A stretch of DNA of 44,269 bases from a virus: the IMG/VR virus record IMGVR_UViG_3300010396_000023, positions 1 through 44,269 of that record, one strand, 5' to 3'. The translations under genes were made by a program, and so were the position numbers. Below are positions 7,881 through 16,965 of the stretch, one piece after another (the stretch's first letter is position 1; every line of letters begins with the position of its first letter). The notes below the pieces were generated by a model, which saw only the letters and a program-made list of their open reading frames with translations, was not told the origin of the DNA and ran no database searches.

Positions 7881-9002
7881 TCAATTCGTACGTTGAGCTA
7901 CGATAAAGCCTATTGCAGTGTTGGTTGAAACTGCAAAGGTGGAATTTACAACCAGATAGTAGACGGTGTTTGTCGTCACCCGAATCGGCATCGGATCAAG
8001 CGTTCCACCCACTGCTGATCCGGCCGGAGCAGAGAACGGAAGAAGGAACTCCGCCACCTGTCCGGTGAAGGATGTGCTGGTCGGGCTGATCGCTGCGTTG
8101 ACGATCGATTGCGTCGTCGAGCCAGCCGGGATCGTCAGCACTTGCCCCCACACCCGCCAGTTCCCTGGTGTAAGAGTGATCGACGCCACATTCGAAGTAA
8201 CGCCGCTGCTCAGCGAAACAGGCGTGCTCGAATTCGTCGCGCAGCCTGTAGGCGAACCTCCGTTCGTGACTTGTGCACAAATCACTTCGCCCACGTCGCC
8301 TGTCCCGGCCGCCACCCCATTCGTGGGGCCAACAATGGCAGGCGTTGTGATTGTAGGGGCTATAGCCAATACCGCCCCACCCGAGCCCGTTACCGCACTT
8401 CCCAATGCCGTTGCTACCCCCGTTCCAAGTCCCGACACTCCTGTGGAGATTGGCAGGCCTGTACCGTTGGTGAGGGTTACTGCTGAAGGTGTTCCAAGAG
8501 CAGGCGTGGTGGATATTGTAACCACTCCCGCACTAAACACCGGCACCCCCGTGGAAGTACTGTTGTTAGCCCCTAGGCCCCCGGCCCAAGTTCCCAACGG
8601 AGTTGTTAAACCAGTCAGGGAAGTGATGTTGGAATTAGCCCCGGCATTGGCCACCGTACCACATGTGAAACTGCCTGTGTTATACTGTAGCGCAGAGGCT
8701 GCAGTGTTGCACCCTGTGGGCAGTGCTATCGCCGCGGGCGAAGCAGCAGTTCCCGTCACATTCGCCAACACGGTGTTAGCTGCTTGACTCGCCAAGTCCG
8801 TTGGAGTGATCAACCCTGTTGCCGTCAATCCCATCGTGACAGTTAGCCCGCTAACCTGCCCATTCACCGTGTTAACGGCCTGGGCGAAGGCTGCATTCAA
8901 TTGTGCTGCCGTGAGGATTTGCCCGGACAGAAAACCAGGAGTCACCTGTCCAAATGCTGCACCGCACAGTACTATGCCAAATAGTCCAAGTAGACGTTTC
9001 AT
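7881..9002 (-). CDS. Tail fibre protein with signal-peptide-like N-terminus
   Basis: 373 aa. It has T/G/A/S-rich fibre-type repeats (TNGTGLPISTGVSGLGTGVATALGSAV). The N-terminus MKRLLGLFGIVLCGAAFGQV looks Sec-like. Confidence 0.75.
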   Translation of the reverse strand: MKRLLGLFGIVLCGAAFGQVTPGFLSGQILTAAQLNAAFAQAVNTVNGQVSGLTVTMGLTATGLITPTDLASQAANTVLANVTGTAASPAAIALPTGCNTAASALQYNTGSFTCGTVANAGANSNITSLTGLTTPLGTWAGGLGANNSTSTGVPVFSAGVVTISTTPALGTPSAVTLTNGTGLPISTGVSGLGTGVATALGSAVTGSGGAVLAIAPTITTPAIVGPTNGVAAGTGDVGEVICAQVTNGGSPTGCATNSSTPVSLSSGVTSNVASITLTPGNWRVWGQVLTIPAGSTTQSIVNAAISPTSTSFTGQVAEFLLPFSAPAGSAVGGTLDPMPIRVTTNTVYYLVVNSTFAVSTNTAIGFIVAQRTN

Positions 9003-9388
9003 CCCAACTCCGATACGTTAAGTACAAACACATCCAGCGCATTTTGTGCAGTAGGGTCATAAGTGCCCGCTTGCCATTCCGGCGGAACGAAGTCAACAAT
9101 CATACAACCCACCACACCTACATCCACAAGCGCCACGCGACCTTCCCATGTACACACCGGCACGAAGGTGTCCTCATAGGGTTGTTGCCATGGAGGGGTG
9201 ATGACGTCCTTGACAGCCCTCACAAAGTCCTGCGGATGGCGCGGTTCCCAATGCTCCGGACATACCCAGTATCCCTGCCAATGCTTTTGGAGGGTGGAGG
9301 CTTTACGCTTCCGCCCACACTGAAAACACACTGCATTCCAGTCTCCGAGCTCCAGATAGTCCGCCCGTCCGCGAATAGGATTAGCCAT
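8999..9388 (-). CDS. Zn-ribbon protein (CxxC...CPEH) preceding the tail fibre
   Basis: Start trimmed to MANPIRGRADYLELGDWNAVCFQCGRKRK...WVCPEHWEPRHPQDF. It overlaps the upstream stop by 8 nt and has an ATGA overlap with the fibre gene. Confidence 0.7.
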   Translation of the reverse strand: MANPIRGRADYLELGDWNAVCFQCGRKRKASTLQKHWQGYWVCPEHWEPRHPQDFVRAVKDVITPPWQQPYEDTFVPVCTWEGRVALVDVGVVGCMIVDFVPPEWQAGTYDPTAQNALDVFVLNVSELG

Positions 9389-10667
9389 GATTCCACTCCT
9401 TCGCATAGCCAAAGCCCTTAAGGAGCTTCAACTTATCCTTCACCTTCCGCCCAATGTCATCACGGTAGAGGGCGGAGTTGGGGATGTTGATCTTCTTCAC
9501 CCGGGAGTAGGTTTGGTCGACGGCTTCTGTCACCGTTCCCGCCCTTCCGCACACCGTGATGGGAGTGGTATTGGCTGTCACCCGTGCGGGCTTACCCAGC
9601 ACCTCTCCCATCATCGTCCCGTCCTGCGCCACCCACTTCTCCTGCCCCTCCAGTCCGAATATGGGGAAGCCCGACGATTCCTCCACCGGCCGACGACAGA
9701 AAGGGAAGTCGGGCAGCCCCATCACCACACCCACGGCAACGTCATACAGGGGTTTGAAGGTGTCCCGCCCCTGCACAAGGTTCAGCATCCACTCCGCTTT
9801 GTCTGGGTGGAGGACCTGTTGAATGGCCCACAGAGGGTAGCCAAACCGGCAGGTGAATTCCAGCGGCCACGGCCTTCCCCGTTCATCCACAATCACCGCC
9901 ACGTCGATATAGCCGGTGTAGCCCTGACGGAACAGCTCTGGTTCGAGGGGACGGAGGACTTGGTCGGCGAGCTGGCTCTCCCCCACATACCTCATCACCG
10001 TGCCCATCTCTCCAGTGTTGGGTCCCGAGTCTCCCGCCATGAGCTTCTTGTGTTCGAAGTTCTCCAACCACGGTCCACACCACCCAGAGGGGCCGAAGAA
10101 CCCGCCCACCGCAAACTCGGTGCCGGGGATAAATTCCTGGAGGACGAAATCAGGATGGCCCTGGTGCGTGCGATCCCACCGATCGAGCATGTAGGCTAGG
10201 TCGTCCTGACCTTTGGGAACGTAAGACAGTGCCTTGTCCACATCTCCATTTGGCTTCGCCACGTAGCGTTTCCCCGTCGAAGCTGCAAAGGCCGCGGCTT
10301 TCTTAAAACTCGAGAATCGATAAGAGTCTGCGACAGGCACGCCAGCCCGCTGGAGAACCTCCTGGCCCCTTGCACGATCCAACTCCCATTGGGCAGTCTC
10401 TCGAGTGGACCCGAAGATCGGGTAGTCCTTCTTCCGATACCCGTCAAGGGCAAACATCCCCTTCGAGTTGTCCGAGGCCACTACCAGGTCCGCCCACCCC
10501 ATTGAGGGCTCCCACTCCCGCATCCGCTTGACCAATCCCTTCCCAACCAGATTCGGCTGTCCCTTCAGCACCGCCGGGGAGTACAGCCGGACTTCATGCC
10601 CCTGATCCTGGGCCTGGAGGGCGAAGTGCAGGTTGAGGGCAGTGTGGTCAATCACTAGGATTTTCAT
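9381..10667 (-). CDS. purD: PurD-like ATP-grasp ligase (phosphoribosylamine-glycine ligase homologue) embedded in the virion operon
   Basis: 428 aa. Segments MKILVID, FEHKKLMAGDSGPNTGEMG, YTGYIDVAVIV...LEFTCRFGYP and LYRDDIG align with PurD motifs as I recall them. The ATG overlaps the stop of the 1226-aa gene (ATGA). Confidence 0.8.
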   Translation of the reverse strand: MKILVIDHTALNLHFALQAQDQGHEVRLYSPAVLKGQPNLVGKGLVKRMREWEPSMGWADLVVASDNSKGMFALDGYRKKDYPIFGSTRETAQWELDRARGQEVLQRAGVPVADSYRFSSFKKAAAFAASTGKRYVAKPNGDVDKALSYVPKGQDDLAYMLDRWDRTHQGHPDFVLQEFIPGTEFAVGGFFGPSGWCGPWLENFEHKKLMAGDSGPNTGEMGTVMRYVGESQLADQVLRPLEPELFRQGYTGYIDVAVIVDERGRPWPLEFTCRFGYPLWAIQQVLHPDKAEWMLNLVQGRDTFKPLYDVAVGVVMGLPDFPFCRRPVEESSGFPIFGLEGQEKWVAQDGTMMGEVLGKPARVTANTTPITVCGRAGTVTEAVDQTYSRVKKINIPNSALYRDDIGRKVKDKLKLLKGFGYAKEWNHG

Positions 10668-13600
10668 TCACCCCTCCGTTTGCGGCGATGTTCGTAGCGA
10701 GACTTAGCCTTCGCCGCCTCGCGTTCGGCTTTGCTCATCCGGTAGACCGGCATACCCAGGGTAGACAGCGCCGCCCGTTTGGTTGTCTCACCCAGTGAGC
10801 GACCAGGTGCCGCACCCGTTTGCACGCTGAGGGGGAGCACCGCCCCAGCGAGATGCCCCATCCGAGACTTCATCGGCGGGGCCTTACCCTCCGCGCTCAG
10901 ATACTCCACCCCGAGGAGCTGCGTGAGAGGCTCTTTGATCGCCACACCCAGCTTGTTCAGCGCTGTCTGCCGAGGGTTGAGCAGCCATTCCGGTCCCTCC
11001 ATAGCATGCTTCGCGATTTGCTGGGTAGTCCCGTCCCTCCACTCAATCTTGGTAGGGTCCTTGTTGTCCCAGATAGGATGCCCGCTGGCCATCAGGTTAT
11101 AGCCGTTCATCAGGGTGGCCCAGATCAATGCCGTCCGCATCACGTACTTCATGTGGAGGTTATGCGTGAGGGGCATTGCGGTGCTCCCCGGAAGCGCCTT
11201 ATACATAGCCCGGAAGGTAGACAGAGTCCAGTCCGGAGCGAACATTAGGATTTGGAGAGCACCCCGGCCCTTCGGGGATAGAAGGTGCATGGCGATGTTC
11301 CGGCCAATCGCTGTTTGGGTTTCCGACGCCACCCGATACCAATCCAATCCGCCGAAGGTGTCATTCACAAAGCTTGACACTTGCCTAGCCACTTCATCCT
11401 TCGACCAGGTAGGGTGGTCCCGCAACCCCTTCTCGAACTCCCGTGTGTACAGGGCAAGCTTGAGGCCGGTGTGAAGGTAGTCCCAGGTGAGTTTGTCAAA
11501 CGTCTCCCGTTGGACGGACTCAATGGCCCCCATGCCCTTCTCGAAGGCCGAGAACTTAATGCCCAGGGTTCCGTTGACCAGCCCGTCAATCGCGGCCCCG
11601 AGCTTCTTTCCTGCGGCTAGGTCCGTCTCCATTGGCCGCTCGACCCGCAGTCCATTCCGCAGCCCTGTATCAATCACGTCTCCCAGCCCACCTTCCCGAT
11701 ACGTCTTGAGTGCGGCGTTCACATCTCCCAGCATCTTGGCCGACCGCAGCCCACTCGCGCCGACATAGGCGTTGATCAGATTCTGGGCGTGGAACAGGGA
11801 CATGCCGGTGGACAAGCGTTTCTGGGCAAGGGACAGACCTAGGATGCCTCGCGTCACATACCCCGGCCGGTAGGACTCTGCCACGAACTTCAGCGCAGGG
11901 GCCATATCGGGATGGACTTTCATTCCCTGGAGTTGCGGCGTCACCACCGTCTCATAGCTTTGAGGTGCCTTGTCTGCGGGGAGGATAAAGGGTACACCTC
12001 CCTCCCCGCCTTCCTTCGCGGCCTTGAGGTTATCGAATAGCCGTTTGTTCTCCACCGCCCGAGCCATTGACTGGCCATATATGTCAACCAGGTCCGCAAT
12101 GTCCTTAGTCTTCACCTTGAGCCCGGTGCCCTGCAGGGCCTTTTCTAGCTCCGCAAAGGTGGAGTAGGCGCGGTGCTTGGCAAAGCCTGTTACAGGCGAC
12201 GCACCTCCCATAGCCCGCTCTCCTCCACCGAATAGCGCATCCATCACCTCCTGCACCTTGGTAAGGGGCTGCGCTTCCCGCTCGACCACGTGGGTGACGT
12301 AGTTTTGGACAAGATCCTTCAGCACCCCCTGGTCCTTCGCGGCCTCCCCAAAGCTCCGGGTGAAGCCTTTGTAGGCGTTGTAGACCTTAACCTCTTGGGG
12401 AGACAGCCCGCGGGTGGAACCTTTCTCCACGGCCTCCGCCACCGCTGCTCTGCGAGCAGGGTCCGGTACAGCTGTCCGCATCGCCCAGGAAGTATTGACA
12501 ACCTCTCGCCCCTGAGCTGCTATCGCACCATTCCGGGCATTGACCAGATCATCGATAGACATAGCCCCCACCATCGGCACCTTGGCCTTAGGGAGGAGGT
12601 GAGTTGCTCCCCACAGGCTGCCAAGCACTGCACCCTCGATCGGGTGGTCCTTATCCAGCCGAGACATACCATACGCAACCCCCGCCGTCACGACTCCTGT
12701 CTTAAGTGCTCGTCCCCACTGATCTCCCACCCGCGCCGCATATCGCGGGGCCATCGCCGCAGCCAGTCCTCCCAACCCTCCGAGGATCGCGCCCTCAAGC
12801 TTCTCCTGCTCCGCGAGATGGGCCCCCACCACCGCGCCTGTAGCGGCTGCAGCGACCGGAAGAAGGGTACGCATGTCGACGGAGCCGGACTGGCGGCCGC
12901 CCGGTAATCGGGATGCCGGGGCGGCGGGTTCCGGGCCGGCCAAAAGGGGGCGGGAACCGGGCAATTCGGGCCGTGGCGGGGTTGACGCGCCGCCCATGGG
13001 GGATTGCCCACCCGGCGATTCCGTGCCCGTGGCGGGGCCCTTTTTAATTCCGGTAAGATCGGGCACTGGTGCTTTATTCCATGCGATCTTCTCCTCAGCC
13101 GTCAGGTCAAACTTCCGTCCGGCCGCTATCTTAGCCTGAGCCCTTTCTAGTGCGGATGGCTTGGGCAGTGGGCCACCTTGCAGGGGCTCCTCGCCCAGGA
13201 CCTTGCCCTCCGAGAGACGGGTCTTGGGGGAAGCCTCAAAGGGCTTCCCGTAGCGAGCCTCCACCCCGGCCCGCTTGAAATCCTTCTGATCTTGTAAGTA
13301 AGCCTTCCTCGCCGACTGTCGTAGGTTGTGGGCGTGCTCTCCCTTCGCTGCGGCCTCGTCGAAGTGCTGCTTAGCCTCAGACTCGGCGAAGGGTTGGTCC
13401 TTGTCCCCCTGAATGGTCTGGCTGTGCTCGCGCCGCTTGGCCATGAACTCGTCCAGCTTCTCCCCCACGAGGGGATTATTCTTCCGAGCGGCAAGGACCT
13501 CCTTGAGCGACGCCCCCCGTTTCATCAGGTCGTAGGCCTTGGCCTCAGCATGGATCTCCGCGTCGGATTTCTCCGTAAGGGTCTGCTCCATCTTCCGCGC

Positions 13601-14344
13601 TACATCGTGCGGGGTGAGGTTGTCCGGATTGCCAGTCTGTTCGGTATAGCGGTTGAGAATGTCTTCCGCGGTCTGGTTCCCAACCTTCCCCGACCGGAGT
13701 TCCTCCGGCGAGAGCTTGGCCCGCTCAAGAAGTGCAAAACGAGAGAACCCTAACGGTGCAAGGTTTATCAAGTCTCCTGCCAACACTTGAAGTTGTTGAG
13801 GGGATACTGTGCCGTGAGAAGCCGCTGCAACGTGAGTGCTTCCTTTGGTAAGTGCCTCATTGATAAGCTTGGTAACTTTTCCTACATCCGCATCCGAGTA
13901 ATCTTTTTTGTAGCCCATCGCATGCATGATGTGAGCGATAGGGGAGGTCGTATACTCCGTCACACTCTTGCGGATTGAAGCGCCTTCGGCCGTCTGGCGC
14001 TCTGCCTCCGCTTTAGACAATGGGAGGGAAGTGAAGGTCTCATAGGCTTTTCCGGCGAGGGTAGAGAGCAACCCACCGGGGGTACTCAGCAGCATATCTG
14101 CTAGTCCGGCAAGATCCTTCCCTGCGCGCTTGAGGAAGTGGGTGCTGGATTCCGCAGCTACATCCCCTAGACTCACCGAGGACTTACCCGCGAAAGGGTT
14201 AGATTGCAAGGCAGATAGCGGGATACTCTTCCCTGTGGGCGGTAGAGGGGGCTTGTTTACCTGCCCCGTCTCCCCCATGCCGGGAAGGAGAGCCACCCCC
14301 TGCATCTCCGCCGTCACATCGCCCAGCGAAATGCTCGCCATCAT
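10664..14344 (-). CDS. Large internal virion / DNA-ejection protein (T7 gp16 positional analogue)
   Basis: 1226 aa, the largest gene, lying after the smaller internal proteins and before the fibres. It has a central Gly/Ala-rich hydrophobic block (LLPVAAAATGAVVGAHL...GGLGGLAAAMA). I recognised no enzymatic motif. Confidence 0.65.
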   Translation of the reverse strand: MMASISLGDVTAEMQGVALLPGMGETGQVNKPPLPPTGKSIPLSALQSNPFAGKSSVSLGDVAAESSTHFLKRAGKDLAGLADMLLSTPGGLLSTLAGKAYETFTSLPLSKAEAERQTAEGASIRKSVTEYTTSPIAHIMHAMGYKKDYSDADVGKVTKLINEALTKGSTHVAAASHGTVSPQQLQVLAGDLINLAPLGFSRFALLERAKLSPEELRSGKVGNQTAEDILNRYTEQTGNPDNLTPHDVARKMEQTLTEKSDAEIHAEAKAYDLMKRGASLKEVLAARKNNPLVGEKLDEFMAKRREHSQTIQGDKDQPFAESEAKQHFDEAAAKGEHAHNLRQSARKAYLQDQKDFKRAGVEARYGKPFEASPKTRLSEGKVLGEEPLQGGPLPKPSALERAQAKIAAGRKFDLTAEEKIAWNKAPVPDLTGIKKGPATGTESPGGQSPMGGASTPPRPELPGSRPLLAGPEPAAPASRLPGGRQSGSVDMRTLLPVAAAATGAVVGAHLAEQEKLEGAILGGLGGLAAAMAPRYAARVGDQWGRALKTGVVTAGVAYGMSRLDKDHPIEGAVLGSLWGATHLLPKAKVPMVGAMSIDDLVNARNGAIAAQGREVVNTSWAMRTAVPDPARRAAVAEAVEKGSTRGLSPQEVKVYNAYKGFTRSFGEAAKDQGVLKDLVQNYVTHVVEREAQPLTKVQEVMDALFGGGERAMGGASPVTGFAKHRAYSTFAELEKALQGTGLKVKTKDIADLVDIYGQSMARAVENKRLFDNLKAAKEGGEGGVPFILPADKAPQSYETVVTPQLQGMKVHPDMAPALKFVAESYRPGYVTRGILGLSLAQKRLSTGMSLFHAQNLINAYVGASGLRSAKMLGDVNAALKTYREGGLGDVIDTGLRNGLRVERPMETDLAAGKKLGAAIDGLVNGTLGIKFSAFEKGMGAIESVQRETFDKLTWDYLHTGLKLALYTREFEKGLRDHPTWSKDEVARQVSSFVNDTFGGLDWYRVASETQTAIGRNIAMHLLSPKGRGALQILMFAPDWTLSTFRAMYKALPGSTAMPLTHNLHMKYVMRTALIWATLMNGYNLMASGHPIWDNKDPTKIEWRDGTTQQIAKHAMEGPEWLLNPRQTALNKLGVAIKEPLTQLLGVEYLSAEGKAPPMKSRMGHLAGAVLPLSVQTGAAPGRSLGETTKRAALSTLGMPVYRMSKAEREAAKAKSRYEHRRKRRGE

Positions 14345-15447
14345 TCCTCCTCGAGGTCGAAGCTTTGGGTACCGGGGTTCCAGGTACCCACCTGACCACC
14401 GGGGAGTTTGTAGGCCTGACCCGCCTTAAGGGTTTGGGCGGTGGGATTGGAAGGAAGATTGAGGGCGGATTTCCCGGTAGACGAGGCGACAGGTTTACCG
14501 GAACGATCAAAGTGTGTAACCTTGTGCCCTGTCCCCGGAACGTCCATCCCCATGAACTTGTAGCTGTCATTCAGTGTCTTAAACTGCCCCCTGGATTCTG
14601 TGAATGCTCGCTCCATCGCTGCATCGGCATCCAGACCAGGAGTCGTTTTCCTAATTGCGCGTGCACGAGATGCGATAGTGTAGGCGGCATTAGTGCGCTC
14701 CGCATCGGGTAGATCGGGAAAGGAGTCCTTCAACAGGTCTTCCGCATGGTCCAGTTCACTCTTCACCGGAGCCCCCATGTCCGCATTCCGCCCCCCTGGT
14801 TTAGCCAGCCTTGCCTCCCGCTCCTTTCGGAGCTGAAGGTCCTGCGTCAAGTACCCCTTACGGAACTCCCTGAAACTCTCAGCCGACGATGCGCTTTCGG
14901 CCCGCGTTTGGGCATTCATCTCGTCGATCTTGAGCTTCAGCTTATCTTTCAGCGTGAGGGTGGCTTGCTGCAGGTTAGCCACGAGTTGGGGGCTGTAGGG
15001 GAGGTTCTTGAGGGGCGAGGGGCGACCGGTCATGCTTTCGAACAGGGAATTGGCGGCATCCCATGAGGCCTGGTCGTTCACGTTCCCCAACAGCCCCTCG
15101 GCCATAGCCAGCTCCGCCTTGGCTGCGGTGGCCTGGGCCTGGAAAGTCCGACCCTGCGCTTGCGTTGTTTGGGCCTGCTTCAGCCGCAGCCCCGCCGCAT
15201 CCGTAGCCAACTTCGCCCCCGAGGCCGTCAACCCCGACTTCAGAGCCATGTTGGCCATATCCTCGAGCTGGTCCGCCGGCCCCTTTCCCGAGCCAGCCTC
15301 CTGCTGAGCAAGCTGAGCCATACGGGCCTGTTCCGCAAGCTGGGTAGCCATACTCGCATTGCGAAGCTGCTGACCCTGCAATTGCGCGCCCTGCATCATA
15401 TCCCCGAGGGCTGCGGAGGTTCCTTGGGCACTTCCGAAGATAGGCAT
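14341..15447 (-). CDS. Internal virion protein, Q/A-rich coiled-coil type
   Basis: Start trimmed to MPIFGSAQG (ATG at 15447, 1 nt after the upstream stop). The composition is A/Q/L-rich. The stop overlaps the ATG of the large protein (ATGA). Confidence 0.6.
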   Translation of the reverse strand: MPIFGSAQGTSAALGDMMQGAQLQGQQLRNASMATQLAEQARMAQLAQQEAGSGKGPADQLEDMANMALKSGLTASGAKLATDAAGLRLKQAQTTQAQGRTFQAQATAAKAELAMAEGLLGNVNDQASWDAANSLFESMTGRPSPLKNLPYSPQLVANLQQATLTLKDKLKLKIDEMNAQTRAESASSAESFREFRKGYLTQDLQLRKEREARLAKPGGRNADMGAPVKSELDHAEDLLKDSFPDLPDAERTNAAYTIASRARAIRKTTPGLDADAAMERAFTESRGQFKTLNDSYKFMGMDVPGTGHKVTHFDRSGKPVASSTGKSALNLPSNPTAQTLKAGQAYKLPGGQVGTWNPGTQSFDLEEE

Positions 15448-15448
15448 G

Positions 15449-16522
15449 TTAGAACCCCAATCCTTTGATACCGTACCCAAGTGCTCCAAGGGCAGACGAA
15501 GCGGCATTGTTACCCGAGGTCATTCCTTGCAACGCCGCTGCCGTACTTGCAGCCCCACTCGAAGTGAGTTGTTGGAGCTGTTGGACTTGCTGGTTGAAGA
15601 AATTCCCACCGTAGGCCTGGAGGGCCGCGGCCATGTTCCCAGAACCCTGATACCCCTGCGCAGCCATCGAGCGCTCAACTGCGTCCATCCCGGCTTGATA
15701 CCCAGGCATGGAAGTGATTGAAGAAGGATTCTTCATCAGGTTGTTCAGCATCGCCGCGTACTCGGGGCTGTACTGGCCCCCCGACGCCTTGAGTTGGTTG
15801 ACCAAATCGTCCATCTGGGAGGAGCGGTTGAGGCCGAATATCCCTGAACCAATGGAGAGAAGGGAACTGAGAGGGCCTAAAGTTCCACCACCCCCTCCAC
15901 CGCCCAGTCCTCCGAGCAGAGAGGCGAGGCCCCCTCCTCCGCCCCCGCTACCACCACCACCCAATCCCCCTAGCAGCGCGCCGAGGCCTCCGCCTCCACC
16001 TCCACCACTCCCTTCCCCTAGCATGGACATGGGATCGAAGCTGCTCAGCGGGTCCATACCGCCACCCCCGCTAAACAGGGAAGTGGGGTTGAAACTCCCC
16101 ATGCTTCCCATACTTCCGCCAGGGCCCCCTAGAAGCGACATGGGGCTAAATCCGCCCGTCGAGCCGCCACTACCGCCAAACAGACTGCCCAGCATACTAC
16201 TAAAACCTCCACCTCCCCCACTGGCACTGCCCCCGCCCGCACTGCCCAAAATGTCACTCAGGAAGCCTCCGCTCCCGCTGGAGCCAGCCGTACCAACCCC
16301 AGCGGCTCCAGCTCCCAGGGAGCTCAGTGCGCTACCCCCAAAGTAACCGCCCACCCCGCCCATTCCGGCGCCTTTGAGGATGTTTCCCCAGCCACCACCG
16401 TTCATGGCGCCGCCAAGCCCACCACCAATCGCGCCACCTGCAGCAGCGCCCATGGGGCCCCCGAAGTAAGCACCGACGAGAGTACCTGCAATCGGCAAAA
16501 TTGAACTAACGACGTGGCTCAT
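15449..16522 (-). CDS. Extremely glycine-rich virion protein
   Basis: 357 aa with runs such as GGGGGGGLGALLGGLGGGGSGGGGGG. The C-terminal ~110 aa have normal composition. An ATGA overlap links it to the GNAT stop. Confidence 0.65.
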   Translation of the reverse strand: MSHVVSSILPIAGTLVGAYFGGPMGAAAGGAIGGGLGGAMNGGGWGNILKGAGMGGVGGYFGGSALSSLGAGAAGVGTAGSSGSGGFLSDILGSAGGGSASGGGGGFSSMLGSLFGGSGGSTGGFSPMSLLGGPGGSMGSMGSFNPTSLFSGGGGMDPLSSFDPMSMLGEGSGGGGGGGLGALLGGLGGGGSGGGGGGLASLLGGLGGGGGGGTLGPLSSLLSIGSGIFGLNRSSQMDDLVNQLKASGGQYSPEYAAMLNNLMKNPSSITSMPGYQAGMDAVERSMAAQGYQGSGNMAAALQAYGGNFFNQQVQQLQQLTSSGAASTAAALQGMTSGNNAASSALGALGYGIKGLGF

Positions 16523-16965
16523 GTCAGCTCCTTATAAAATGACGGGCCCATAGGGAGATAGCCCATTTTATGGTAGAATCGCCCAGTGCGTTCTTCCGCA
16601 ACGCCACTAGAGACTCCGTTGATTATGCGTGTGGCACCATGCTCACGAGCCCACTCTTCGAAGGCCCCAACAAGTCTCCATGCTCGTCGCGTACCCCGAT
16701 GATCAGGGTGGACCCACAGGAGATTCTGTACCGCGTACATTGTCTGAAACCAAACAGCTGGCTCGAGAGCACCGCATATGAACCCGGTATGGTCTTCCAC
16801 CACTCGGATGCATACGGCATCTGGGAATTGGAGAACGCCGACCAGCCGTTTATACTGATCGGCGGAACTCGTAGGTAAATCAGCATAATGGGGAGCCTCC
16901 TGTTGGGCGTGCGCGCCCGCCTCAATGAGCCAAGGAATATCAGCGATGGTTGCAGGGCGGATCAC
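16519..16965 (-). CDS. GNAT-family N-acetyltransferase embedded in the virion operon
   Basis: 148 aa. VHPDHRGTRRAWRLVGAFEEWAREHGA resembles GNAT motif A (V.P.yRGkGiG..L) and FYHKMGY resembles motif B. The GTG start overlaps the upstream stop (GTGA) and GGAG lies 5 nt upstream. Confidence 0.75.
   Translation of the reverse strand: MIRPATIADIPWLIEAGAHAQQEAPHYADLPTSSADQYKRLVGVLQFPDAVCIRVVEDHTGFICGALEPAVWFQTMYAVQNLLWVHPDHRGTRRAWRLVGAFEEWAREHGATRIINGVSSGVAEERTGRFYHKMGYLPMGPSFYKELT

Noticed and set aside
14469-14501. Two one-mismatch copies of the 9-mer (ATTTCCCGG and GTTTACCGG) 24 bp apart inside the 14341..15447 gene.
   Set aside because: One-mismatch hits are expected several times by chance in 2 x 44 kb. 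They are internal to a coding region and do not show the N10 palindrome architecture.
15708-16346. 212-aa proline-rich plus-strand ORF (PPPPPPPSPPS...).
   Set aside because: It is the mirror image of the GGN-rich glycine gene on the minus strand (CCN = Pro). The minus-strand gene is coupled to its neighbours by ATGA overlaps.
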